In this document: piece by piece, positions 13,621 through 24,610 of the stretch | How the letters are laid out: every line of letters starts with the position of its first letter | Numbering within the stretch: position 1 is the stretch's first letter | Assembly: GCA_013239625.1 (NCBI GenBank) | Contig: MU053629.1 | Location: 592,676-656,675, forward strand | Length of the DNA stretch: 64,000 nt | Direction: 5' to 3' | Source of the DNA: Lama guanicoe | Taxonomy: Eukaryota | The notes under the pieces: model-generated | Seen by the model: only the letters and a program-made list of their open reading frames with translations | Told to the model about the DNA's origin: nothing | The model's database searches: none | Position numbers and translations under genes: made by a program

Positions 13621-13671
13621 CTGCCCAAAGAATACATTAAGCAGAGAGGAGCTGAAAAGAGAATATTTCAG
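13608..13671 (+). CDS. TLN2: TLN2 coding exon (~7), FERM F2: (D)LKEFLPKEYIKQRGAEKRIFQ
   Basis: ctctctcag|T...CAG|gtattg; 64 nt, phase 2 to 0. Confidence 0.96.
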
Positions 13672-14639
13672 GTATTGGAAATGTATAAAACTTGGTCATT
13701 CTCACTTCCTTTCTTCATTTATTAGGAAAAGAGGGGCCTCTGCTCGTGATAGTTTCATACCCTGTGTATATACTCTGCTTATATAATAAATGATTAGTGA
13801 CTCAAGAGTAAAGAAGCTGACAGTTCTGCTTGGAGCAGATTTGTTTTCTTAATCCATACCTTCTTGCTAAAGGTTACTTAGCCCTTCTGAGAAAAATGTG
13901 TGTATATTTAATTTCAAAGACATAATCTTGGAAGCATTGAAACAAGGTGATTTGCCATTAAAATGCACTGAGGAAGAAGCTACAAGAAGCTTTTTTATCC
14001 TGAGATTTGTTTTTTGAACCTCAGAATTTGAGAACTGGTGTCTCTTTAAAATCCAAGTTTATTCTAAAATCCAGAGAGTTATCTATTCTAAGCAACCAGT
14101 AAGAGAAGTCCTATTACCAATTTTGCCATGAAATAATCACTCTAGTGAATTCAAAATATCAAAGTCTTGTTTAGTATTGAAATGTAAATATAAGTTGAAA
14201 TATATAAATTTCGTGAGTATAGAATTGATCTTTTTATCCATTATGGTTTTCAAACACTGAGATGTTCTGACATTTATTTATCCTGCTCTTTGGAGAATTT
14301 AATCCTTTGCGTGGATGTTAGAATGATGCCTCTCAGGACAAGAACATTTTTCTAGTTCTCATTTAAAGTGTTCGTCCTGAACCTTTTGGGACATGGAGCC
14401 CTTTGAATATTAGATTGTAATTATGGACCTCGTTCTTGCCATGCTGCACATACATGAATTGTTGCATATAATTATGCAATCTGTAGGGAATTTGGACTCA
14501 AATTCTAGTTAAGAAACCCTGCCTTAGAGCTTTCTGTGTGCTCTGACTCTTGGTCAGCAGCAACACGTATCGTGGGAAGGTCTCTGAAAAAATCTCCAAC
14601 CTTAATGTAGAGGCACCATGTATAGTAACTACTTCTCAC

Positions 14640-14708
14640 CATGTCCACCTGCTGGCCGAGCTGCAGTAACTGGTCCCTGCCACTGTCACTTTTGTAGGAG
14701 CACAAGAG
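14640..14708 (-). CDS. Putative nested antisense gene, 69-nt exon: LLCSYKSDSGRDQLLQLGQQVDM
   Basis: ctcatctctccacag|CTC...ATG|gtgaga; phase 0-0; overlaps TLN2 exon at 14698-14708. Confidence 0.6.
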
Positions 14709-14802
14709 CTGTGGAGAGATGAGCGAAATAGAAGCCAAGGTCAAGTACGTCAAACTCGCCCGGTCCCTGCGGACGTACGGCGTGTCCTTCTTCTTGGTGA
14801 AG
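14698..14802 (+). CDS. TLN2: TLN2 exon (~8), F2/F3: EHKSCGEMSEIEAKVKYVKLARSLRTYGVSFFLVK
   Basis: tttgtag|GAG...AAG|gtaagt; 105 nt, phase 0-0. Confidence 0.97.
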
Positions 14803-15380
14803 GTAAGTTGGGCGTGGTGGAGAGAGTGTTTGCCTCCGCCGCCTCTTTTGTTGAAGTGTTTGCTGCTAAGCTTGGTGTGTTGTCCCTAGACCCCTAGCAT
14901 TTGCAGATGTAGCATCTGGCCAGTGGTGACCTGAGTTGAGCTGTGGGACAGGCGTGAGGCTGGTGAGTGAGCCTGGCTCCCTGCAGGCCTCGGGACAGCG
15001 GTGTCCTGGCACTGCTCTCTGTCACTGTGGTGAAGTCACGGAGGAGTGCCTTTCCTTTTACTTGCTGGCACTTTCCCCTAAGAATGTTTCACTGAAGATC
15101 ACCAGGAGTGCCCTGGCCTAAGCGAAGGTCGTTGACCACTGTAGACCAGATCAAATTCCTGTGGTCTTTACAGTAGGCATCTCATTTGCATCCTTTCAGA
15201 TGGGTCTTGGGGTTTTCTGTGGCCTTCAGATCTGTTTTCATGGGAATTGTTTGTCTTCCTACTGGAAGGACAGAGGTGGGTGTTTGAAATCCAACCTGTG
15301 AGCAAGCAGAAGGTGTGTTCTGGAGTCAACTAAGAAACCCTCCAGCGGCTTCCTTCCCTGTTTCAACATCCTGACCTCAC

Positions 15381-15623
15381 ATCCTCGAGTTTAGTCCTCC
15401 ATCTGACGTGTTTCACGATTTCCGCTTGCTGTGCCGTGACTCCGGGTCTCCTGTCTCTTGCCCTTGGCCCTGGAGAAAGCTCCACCTTGTGATGAGGTAT
15501 CTTGGGCTGCTTGAGACACAAGGGAGTGTAACCAGCTGTGTTGCAGCTGCTTCTAGGGACCAAAGCTGGAAAGCCAGGGGCAGAGTGGTTCAAGGAGGTT
15601 TCTTTCCACACAGCCAAAAAGAA
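15381..15623 (-). CDS. Putative nested antisense gene exon: FFLAVWKETS...PRARDRRPGVTAQQAEIVKHVRWRTKLED (alternative internal acceptor at 15469)
   Basis: aacttccttgtgtttcag|TTC...GAT|gtgagg; 243 nt with only frame 0 open; alternative phase-1 acceptor gctttctccag| at 15469. Confidence 0.55.
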
Positions 15624-16295
15624 CTGAAACACAAGGAAGTTATGCTGTGCACTAGAATGTTTGGCGATAGAGGAGATTTTCTTAAGTCCACTCCTCACTG
15701 GAGGAAGCAACTTCATTTGGGGCAAGGATGAAGAGAGAGGTTACACGGAAAAGAGGCGTATGCTTCGTGCTGATTTGTTTCTTCAAACTGCTCTCAGTTT
15801 TATACCTGAAAATGCTGGGACCTTTGCAAATAAAGAAAGCAGAAGTGAATCACTTGGTTTTAAAAAAAAAATAGAAATTGAGTTTTTCATATTTAGTGTG
15901 AGTTTTAAACTCTTAATTTTTGAATGGTGCTGCTGATGATGTTCTAGGTAAGGACTCCATTTCCCATTACTAATCAGTGTTTCCCATTTAGTAAACAATT
16001 ATGCATATAAGGCATCTCTTATTCAAATCTGTCAGCACCCTAATGGCAGAACTACTAGTATTGTCTTCCTTTTATAAATGAGAAAAGAGGCTCAGAAAGA
16101 TCAAATGACTCAGCTGAGGTCATAAGCCTTGTAACTGGAGATGCTGAGACTTGAATTCAAGTCTCTCTGACTTAAACGTCTGTGTCCCCAGCCACTAGGC
16201 TGTGCTGCCTTAGCTAGAGTGACCCCATTTGGGATGTTTTCACCATCTTCCTACCTCCCCCACCTCACCATGAGAATGTGGTGAGATCTGCTTGT

Positions 16296-16416
16296 CTTTT
16301 GGGTTTTTTTTAAAAATACCTTTCTTTCTTTTTTAAACAGAAGTACTGGAGATTGAACCCAGGACCTCATGCATGCTAAGCACACGCTCTACCACTGAGC
16401 TATACCCCCACCCACA
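16296..16416 (-). mobile_element. tRNA-derived SINE with 12-bp target-site duplication
   Basis: SINE core 16335-16413; TSD agatctgcttgt at 16284-16295 and 16417-16428. Confidence 0.88.
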
Positions 16417-17299
16417 AGATCTGCTTGTTTTAGAAGAAAAAAATACTTTATATTTACTATTCTGATGAGCTCTAACACTACACAAAGACTAAATATTTTT
16501 CAGCATGTCCAATGATACTGGCATTGGCTTCCATGTGTTTTTTATTTTTTGAGTTTTTCTTTGGCCCTTCATGTATGAAATTTATCTCTTGAATTCATAT
16601 TGTTTTCCATTAATACCAACAGACTTCACACAGAGTTTCAGTGAAGTGCATATAGTCAGTAAATTTAGGAAAATACATAACACACAGCAAGCTACATGTT
16701 ATTAAGAAGAGAAATGGAATAGCAAGTACCAGAAAAATGAAATTTGTTCTCTGAAGATGATTGAGAGCCTGGGAAGAATCTGTCTATGGCTGGTAGGATA
16801 ATCAGAACTAGAACACAGATCTTCCGGCTGTACGAGGTCTGGCAAGTTTGGTCAAATGAACACACTTCTTTTACACAAGTGTTTAAGGCAAAGTAAGAAA
16901 GTAATACAAATTTCCTTCCTTCTTACCTTTTTCCCTTCCTTTCTTCCTTTTTATTTATTTTTTTAAAATTACATCTCTTTGAAGGAAGGCCAGGGTCAGA
17001 GGGTAGGCAGCCCTGACAACTTTCACATACATATTAGACATTCAGATTTTTTATTCCTTTATTTTTTGTCACTTGATAAAAGTGCACACAGTGCTCACTT
17101 ACATTTTTTGTTCACTGGTCCTGTGTAGTATACATTTTATTTTTAAATTGATTTTGGTAGAGTTTACTTGACCATAGTTTGCCCTACTTTAAAAGTAGTA
17201 AGCTGGGAATTTAGGAATATTGCAATGTTAAGAATTGACGAACCTGGTAAATCAGATCAACAGGTCAAATAGGACATCATATACATTCAACTGTCTGGA

Positions 17300-17852
17300 A
17301 AAAGAATGTAGAAAACCATACCACTTACAATAGCATCACAAATAATAAAATACCTAGGAATAAATTTAGCCAAGGAAGTGAAAGATGTATATGCTAAAAA
17401 CGTTAAGAAAGTGATGAAAGAAATTGAAGAAGGCACAAACAAATGGACAGATATCCTCTGTTCATGGATTAGAAGTTATTATTAAAATGTCCATACTATT
17501 CAAAACCATCTATAGATTCAACGAAACTTACACCACTCACAAAAATTAACTCAAAATGGATTAAGGACTTAAGTGTAAGACCCAAAACCATAAAACTGTT
17601 AGAACAAAACATTGGTGATAAATTCCTTGACATGGTTCTAGGCAATGATTTTTTGGATGTGACATCAAAAGCACAAGCAACAAAAGCAGAAATAAACAAG
17701 TCAGGCTACATCAAACTAAAATGCTTGTGCACATCAAAAACAGTCACAAAGGAAAAAGACAACCTAGAGAATGGGAGAAAATGATTGCAAACCATATATT
17801 TGGTAAGGGGTGAATATCCAAAATACGTAAGCAACTTTTATAACTCCATAGC

Positions 17853-17884
<32 letters not shown>

Positions 17885-18765
17885 ATCCAATTAAAAAATG
17901 GTCAAAGGACATTGGTAGACATTTTCCCAAAGAGAATATTCAGGTGGTCAACAGGTACAGGAAAAGGGGTTCAACATCACTAAACATCAGGGAAATGCAA
18001 ATCAAAACCACAGTGAGATATCACCTCATACCTTTTTTATAAAAAAGACCAAAGAGAAAACAGATGTTAGCAAGGATGTGGAGAAAACTGCACTGTTGGT
18101 AGAAATGTGAATTCTTGCAGCCACTATGGAAAACAATGTGGAGGACCCTCAAGAATTGAAAAATAGAACTACCATATGATCTGGCAATCTCACCTCTGGG
18201 TATAAATCCAAAGGAAATGAAATCACGATCTTGAAGAAATATCTCTACTTCCGTGTTCTTTTCACCATGATTATAATAGCCAAGACATGGAAATAGTCTA
18301 ACTGTCCATCAGCAGATGAATAAAGAAAATGTGGTAGGTAAATACAGTGGAAAATTATTCAACTGTTAGAGAGGAATTCCTGCCATTTCTGCTCTGACTT
18401 ATATGTGGAATTTTCAAAACCTATCTCACAGAAATGGAGTCAATGAGAGTTTGGTGGGGTGGGGGGTCATGAGATGGTGGTCAAAGCACACAGACTTGGA
18501 GTTTTAAGAATACCTTCTGAGGATAAAGTACAGCATGGTGACTATAGTTAACAATACTGTAGTATATACTTGAGATTTGCTAAGGGAGTAAATCTTAAAT
18601 ATTCTCATCATAACAATCAAAACAAGGTAATTATGTGAGGTGAAAGTGTGTTAACCTTATTTAGGTAATTACTCCTCAATGCAAACATATATCAAGTCAT
18701 CACATTGTGCATCCTAACTTACACAGTGTTCTGTGTCAATTGTGTCCAAATAAAGCTGGAAAAGA
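17300..18765 (+). mobile_element. L1 (L1MA-like) ORF2 end and 3'UTR, internally deleted
   Basis: aaatacctaggaataaattt, aactcaaaatggattaaggact, gaaatgcaaatcaaaaccacagtgagata; ends in aataaagctggaaa; ORF-track peptide [15 protein letters not shown] is L1 ORF2p-like. Confidence 0.9.
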
Positions 18766-19167
18766 TGGCATGATGTAAAATGATTTTATCTAAAGCCACT
18801 AAGGTGTTTGATAAAATTCACCTACTCGTTATAAAAATGCCTTTAAAATGCTGGAATGGAAGTGTTCTTCTTCAACATGATAGAATGTTTTAAACCTATC
18901 ATCAGTATCCTACTTAACAGAGAAATGCTAGAGAGAAATCTATAAAAATTGGACTCAGAACAAGTGCCCCTTTAACATTGTTTTGGAAGTTCTAGGAAGT
19001 ACAGTAAGGCGTAAACATTTTTTAAAAACATAAATTTAGGAAATGAAAAAACTTATCACTTCTTGTGATTGCATATCTTTTAACGAGATATATGGAATCA
19101 TATTTTTAACTATTTACTTTGAAATAATCATATATTCACAGGAAGTTATGAAAATAATACAGAGAAT

Positions 19168-19841
19168 CAAAAAGTCAGAGTAATAAGTGTGAGTAAGGAT
19201 GTAGAGGAACTGGAGCCTTTATACACTGCTGGTGGGAATAGTGCAGCCTTAGATAATAGTCTGGTGGTTCCTCACATGTTAAATAGAGTTACCACATGAC
19301 CCAGCATTTCCGCTCCTGGGTATGTGTGCCCAGGAGAATTTGAAGCATATGTCCATAGAAAAACTTGTACGTGAAAGTGTATAGCTGCATTTAGCCAAAA
19401 CGGGGAAACAACCCAAATGTTCATCAGCTGATGAATGGGTGAACAAAGTGTGGTGTGTCCATAAGGCACAATATTATTTGGTCATAAAAAGAAATGAAAT
19501 GTACTGCACCATGCTACAGCGAGGATGAATTTTGGGAGTGTTATGTGAAGTGAAAGAAGCTTGTCACAAGATTCCATTGATACAGAATGTCCAGAAAAGG
19601 CAACTCTGGAGAGATAGAAAGTAGATTAGTGGTTGCTTAAGAATGGGTAGGATCGTGGGGAGGGATAGGCAAATGAGAGCAAAGGGACAGGATTTCTTTT
19701 AGAGAAGATGAAAATGTTTTAAAATTGACTGTGGTGATAGTTGCAAATATCTATAAATATAACCAAAATCCATTGAATTATATCCTTTAAACAGGTGAAT
19801 TGTATGGTATGTAAATTATACACCTTAATAATGTTAAAAAT
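19168..19841 (+). mobile_element. L1MB-like 3' end nested in an older antisense L1, with 15-bp TSD
   Basis: TSD aataatacagagaat at 19153-19167 and 19842-19856. Confidence 0.85.
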
Positions 19842-19856
19842 AATAATACAGAGAAT

Positions 19857-21640
19857 TCTCCTTTCATCAACTTTCCCTCAGTGGAATTATATATAGTACA
19901 ATATCACACTGAGGAAATCGACATTGGTACAATTCATACACGTTACTCTATATGCACTCATTTGTGTGTGTGTGTTTAGTTCTATGCAATTCCTTCACAC
20001 ACGTAGATTTGTGTTACCACCACTATAGTCAAGATATAGGACTCTAATCCATCAAGAAAACCTTGTGCTACCCTTTTATGGCTACACATACCTCCCCCAC
20101 CTTCCTATTCTTCCCATACTTCCTCCCTTCTCCTGATCTTAACCCCCTATTGTCCATCTCAGTAATTTTCTTATTTCAAGAATGCTACATAAATAGAATC
20201 ATAAAAAACAACTGTTTGAGATTTTTTTTTCATTCAGTACAATTCCCTTGAGAGCCATCAAAGTCATACTGTGAATCTATAGTCTATCACTTTCTATTGC
20301 TGAATAGTATTCCATGATATTAAAGTACTCATTGGTTTAGCCATTCACCACTGAAAGACATTTGGGTTGTTTCTAGTCTATGGCTATTGTGAATAAAGCT
20401 GCTGTAAATATTTGTGTATAGGTTTTTGTGTGATTGTAAGTGTTCATCTCATTGGAATAAATGCCCAAGAGTACACTTGCTGGACCATATGGTAAGAACA
20501 CATTTAGCACTATAACAAACTGGCAGACGATTTTCCGCAGTGACTGTATCATGTACATTCTTGCCAGCAAAGTATGAGTGACCCAGTTTCATATCATCCT
20601 CTCCAGCATTGGGTGTTATCATTGTTTTTTATTTTAGCCTTTGTGATAGGTGTTTTATGATATCTTATTGTGATTTTTAATTTGCATTTCTCTAATGGCT
20701 AATGATTTTGAACATCTTTTCATGTGTTTACTTGCCATCTGTGTATCCTCTTCAGTGAAAGGTCTGTTCATGGTTTTTTTTGCCTGTTTTCTAGTTATAG
20801 CCTTTTTTCTTACTGTTGAATTTTAAGAGTTCTTCATGTATTCTAGGTCCAAGTCCTTTGTTAGATGTGGTTTGCAGATATTTTCTCCTGGTCTGTAGCT
20901 GGTCTTTTCATCCTCTTAACAAGGTCTTTCACGGAATTAATGTTCTTAATTTTGATGAGGGGTATTTTATCATTTTTCCCTTTCATGTTTGAAGTGTTAG
21001 CATCTAAGAACACTGTCTAAGTCTAGGCTCCAGAAATTTTCTCCTGTGTTTAGTTCTAAATGTTTTATAGTTTTATATTTTACATTTAGGTCCATAGTCC
21101 ATTTTGAGTTAGTTTTGTATAAGGTGTGAGGTTTAGGTCAGTGTTCCATTTTTTGGCCTATGAACGTTCAGTTTCCCAGCGCTGTTTTTGAAAGGGCTAT
21201 GCTTCCTCCACTGGATTGTTTTCATATCCTTGGCAGTTCATTTGAATACATTTCTGCCGATAGTTTCTGGGCTGTCTGTCCTGTTCTTTTGATCTGTGTG
21301 TCAGTCTTTCCATTGATATCACACTGTCCGGATCTCTTAAGCTATATAGTGAGGCTTAACATCAAGTTGAATGATTCTCTTTACTTTTTTCATCTTTTTC
21401 AAAATTATATTAGCTACTTTAGGTCCTTTTCCTTTCCAGGAGCACTTTAGAACAAGCTTGCCTGTATCTATAAAAAACTTAGCTGGGATTTTGATAGAAA
21501 TTGCACTGAATGTATAGATCAATTTGGGAAGAATTGATAACTTTACTATGTTGAGTTTTTCAACCTATGAACATGGTATTAGGTCCTTTGATTTCTTTCA
21601 TCAATATTTTGCAATTTTCAGATCCCTGTACATATTATAG
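19857..21640 (-). mobile_element. Older L1 (L1MC/MD-like) 3' portion; its tail continues at ~19105-19167
   Basis: Antisense L1 ORF2/3'UTR text; ORF-track peptides such as ISIKIPAKFF...LVLKC.WKGKGPKVAN are L1 ORF2p-like. Confidence 0.85.
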
Positions 21641-22069
21641 CAATATACATAATTTTAATTTTTAGATATATTTTTAAATTCAGTGAATAGATTAAGCAAA
21701 TTTATAAGACATACGCCAACAGCGTGAAATAGCCTGTGTGTGCATAAATAAGCACTGCCATTTAGAATATATGATGAAAAGAAATCACAGAATTGCACAC
21801 ATCCAAAAAAATTGTTTGGGTAAGAGACAGTGTGTGTTTTAAAGGCATAAATAACAGATTTCTCTAGACCCCCCCAACCTGAACAGACCATTAAATCGTG
21901 AAGGAAGTTCATTGGCATAATTTAAGAAGTGAGTTAAAAGTGAGTGATTGATTTACTACTTGGGTAGGCTATTAGAAATCCTAAATTACATAAATCAATG
22001 AAATCATAATTTATAAAATATAAATGTTGATATTGAACCTAATCATACCACATGGCCTTGAGATCAGTT

Positions 22070-22070
22070 T

Positions 22071-22110
<40 letters not shown>
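22070..22110 (+). repeat. Compound (TA)n(GA)n microsatellite
   Basis: Directly visible. Confidence 0.95.
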
Positions 22111-22111
<1 letters not shown>

Positions 22112-22194
22112 CTAGTTTGATATGTTTATAGGTGCTTCTGTCATATTTTCTTCTATATCTATGAATATTTTGGCCTAATATTCAGAGCATTGTA

Positions 22195-22425
22195 CAGCTG
22201 ACCCTTGAACGCTGTGGGCTCTAGGAGGCGCCAACCCTTTGCACAGTTGAAAATCTATGTATAACTTAAGAGTCCGCCCTCTGTATCTGCGATTCCCCTG
22301 CATTGATGGTTCCACATTTGCAGATTCAACCAATACAGATCATGTACTACTGTAGTGCTCACTGTTGAAAACCTACATATAAATGGACCTGCACTGTTCA
22401 AACCCATGTTGTTCAAGGTCAACTG
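22195..22425. mobile_element. Tigger-family (MER8/Tigger2-like) MITE with terminal inverted repeats and TA TSD
   Basis: TA|cagctgacccttgaac ... gttcaaggtcaactg|TA. Confidence 0.85.
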
Positions 22426-22880
22426 TACTTTATATCGTTAAAGTAGAAAGTGTGTTGCGTGTTGGAGTCAGGAGGATTGGCCTAGAATTCTGGATGCAAT
22501 ATGGCTGATGTAAGAAATAGCAGAAACTCATATAAATTTGAGAGACATCTTTAACCTTCCTAAATCTGTTTCTTCATCTGAAAAAAAATGGGAATGATTC
22601 TTTACAGAGCTCTAATAAAGATAAAGTGAGCTAATGTATGTAATTAAATGTAGTACCTGGCATGTAGGGACATTTAATAAATTTTAAATTATCCCAGCTC
22701 CTTAGCCATCCTCACAATTCCCTAATTCCTGGGGGGATAGCTGGGGAGCTGACCCTCTTCTGCCCTGAACTGTGAAAACATCACAGAGGGCATTCAGAGC
22801 ATCTCAGAATTGTGAATTAAGTCAAAACAGATTGCCGATTGTTTTTACAGAGAGAAGTGGCGAATGAGCAGGGTCTTTAC

Positions 22881-22940
22881 CACCATTTTGCTCTTGGGCA
22901 GCCATCCTTTGGCTGCCACGCCCTTAAAAGAAATGGGCAT
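22881..22940 (-). CDS. Candidate first coding segment of the nested antisense gene: MPISFKGVAAKGWLPKSKMV (ATG 22940, phase 0) or MAAQEQNG(G) (ATG 22905, phase 1)
   Basis: Donor GTG|gtaaag at 22881/22880. Both ATGs have A at -3 and the 22905 ATG also has G at +4. Phases match the 15623 and 15469 acceptors respectively. Confidence 0.35.
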
Positions 22941-24419
22941 CCTGATGACACGGCACAGCACCCCAGCCCATGCTGCGGCAGGAGCCGGTGCAGAACTCTA
23001 GTGAGCACAGCTGGGCCACGCTGAAGTCAGGCCTGGAGCCAAAGCATGCCAAACGCTTAGCCTGCTGGCATCCCGCCACCCAAGCCTGAATCTGATGTAG
23101 GACGCAGGTGATGTAAGAATCAGCCGGTATATCCACACCTGTGAGAAGGGCCCAAGGCAGAGCCGGCTTGATCACAGCCAGCTGCCAGGGCTGAGCCAGA
23201 GCAGCGGTTGAGATGCGCTCAGAAGAGGAGGGGCTGGTTCGTTCATGGACCCTGCTTCTCCTTGAATACCCACGTTCTCCTGCCTTTAGAGCTCGACACA
23301 TCCTCAAAACAAAACCCGCCTGATGAGGACTGCCTCGAGAGAGACGTGGCCGTGTCGCTGGCAGAATCTCAGCCACAGTCTGCGTGTACCTGTGTACGAG
23401 AGACCCGGGTCTTCCCTGGGTCATGCCTGGCCTTCTCCCAGAGATAAAAGGGTGCTGGTGTCTGTAGTTGAAGGTTGGAAAGGAGAGTTGTGGGGTGGAC
23501 TGAGATTCGAGATACAGAGAGGCAGAAGGAGCCTTATTGCCTCTGGACCTTCTCCTAACGTGCAGGTCTGCCACTGAGGGTGTCAGGCAGGTCCTCTGTC
23601 GGGGGGGAGCCTACATCACTAGCATGGAGCGGAGCCCCTTGCTATTGTAGCTTTTTCCAGCTGCTCTCCACTCTGTGGGTAGGCGCTGAAATAATTTTGT
23701 CCCCCGGTGGTGGTCTCTGTTGCTGAGTGATGGTATTTTCTCAGTTCCTTATGCACCCTCCTCCCAGTCGTGACCTCCTAATGGCATGCCCGCTGTAAGC
23801 TGTTTGCTTGTTCGCTGTGGCTTCCTCTCCCAGGCCAGCGTGATCTCCACAGGGGTCAGGGCAATCCGTCACGAGCCCACGTCCCCTCACCCCAGAGCCC
23901 CTCAGTGGGGATGTGCAGATGGGAAGGGGGAAGGCAACAGCTGCAAACCATATTTTATTTCTGATCTCCTTCCTGGTCCCAGCCGCTGGGCCGGTGCCAG
24001 CGCTGTGTGACTAAACGAGCCGCCTGGAACCTCTCCACCTAAATGCATGCAGCTCTGGAAGCCACGTGAGGCTAACTGGCATGGCCCACCCTGCACTGAC
24101 TTCACTCCTTGTGGAACCGGCCTCTCTGGAAGGGATCTGACTCTTCTCTGCTTGGTGGTTTTGTTTGTTTGTTTTTGTTAAGGTTCTTACCGTGCTGTAT
24201 GTCCCTCGTCAGACACCCGCACAGATTCCTGATGCCTCCTCTCCTCCTTTTGGGGGGAGGCTGGAGGTGTGCCGTGACTTTCCCCGTCTGAGGGATTAGG
24301 CACTGCCCACGGGGGCTGGGATGGGTATTCTTCCTTTGCTCTGATTGCTTCCATCAGAAGCACTACACTGTGGTAGACAGTTTCTTTGAAGTCAGAGATG
24401 CTTCTGAGCTGCTCGAATC

Positions 24420-24610
24420 TGTGTTCTAATCCTGGCTGTACCACCTACCACTGTTTGCCTTGGGCAAGTTGCTGGTGCCTTCATTTCAAGATGGGGGGAT
24501 GTTGATGGTGCCAACATTTGGGGGATGCTCTGAAGATGAATGGGTAATATTTGTGAAGTATCTGTCCCACTCCTGGCTTGTTTTAAGTGCCTGTACACAC
24601 ACCCACGTAT
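24420..24610. mobile_element. MIR fragment (further MIRs near 8545-8750, 16050-16210, 26005-26210, 55410-55545, 57100-57300, 57470-57570)
   Basis: MIR core-like text ttctaatcctggct...ccttgggcaagtt...aagatggggg; boundaries approximate. Confidence 0.65.

Noticed and set aside
13584..13651. Alternative minus-strand acceptor tattctcttttcag| at 13651
   Set aside because: It gives a stop in phase 0. It is open only if the upstream donor shifts to 15376 and the 69-nt exon is read in a less protein-like frame. Kept only as a lower-ranked alternative.
17785..18042. ORFs with L1 ORF2p-like peptides (also 21337-21522, 20373-20570)
   Set aside because: Fragments of dead LINE-1 copies, not genes.
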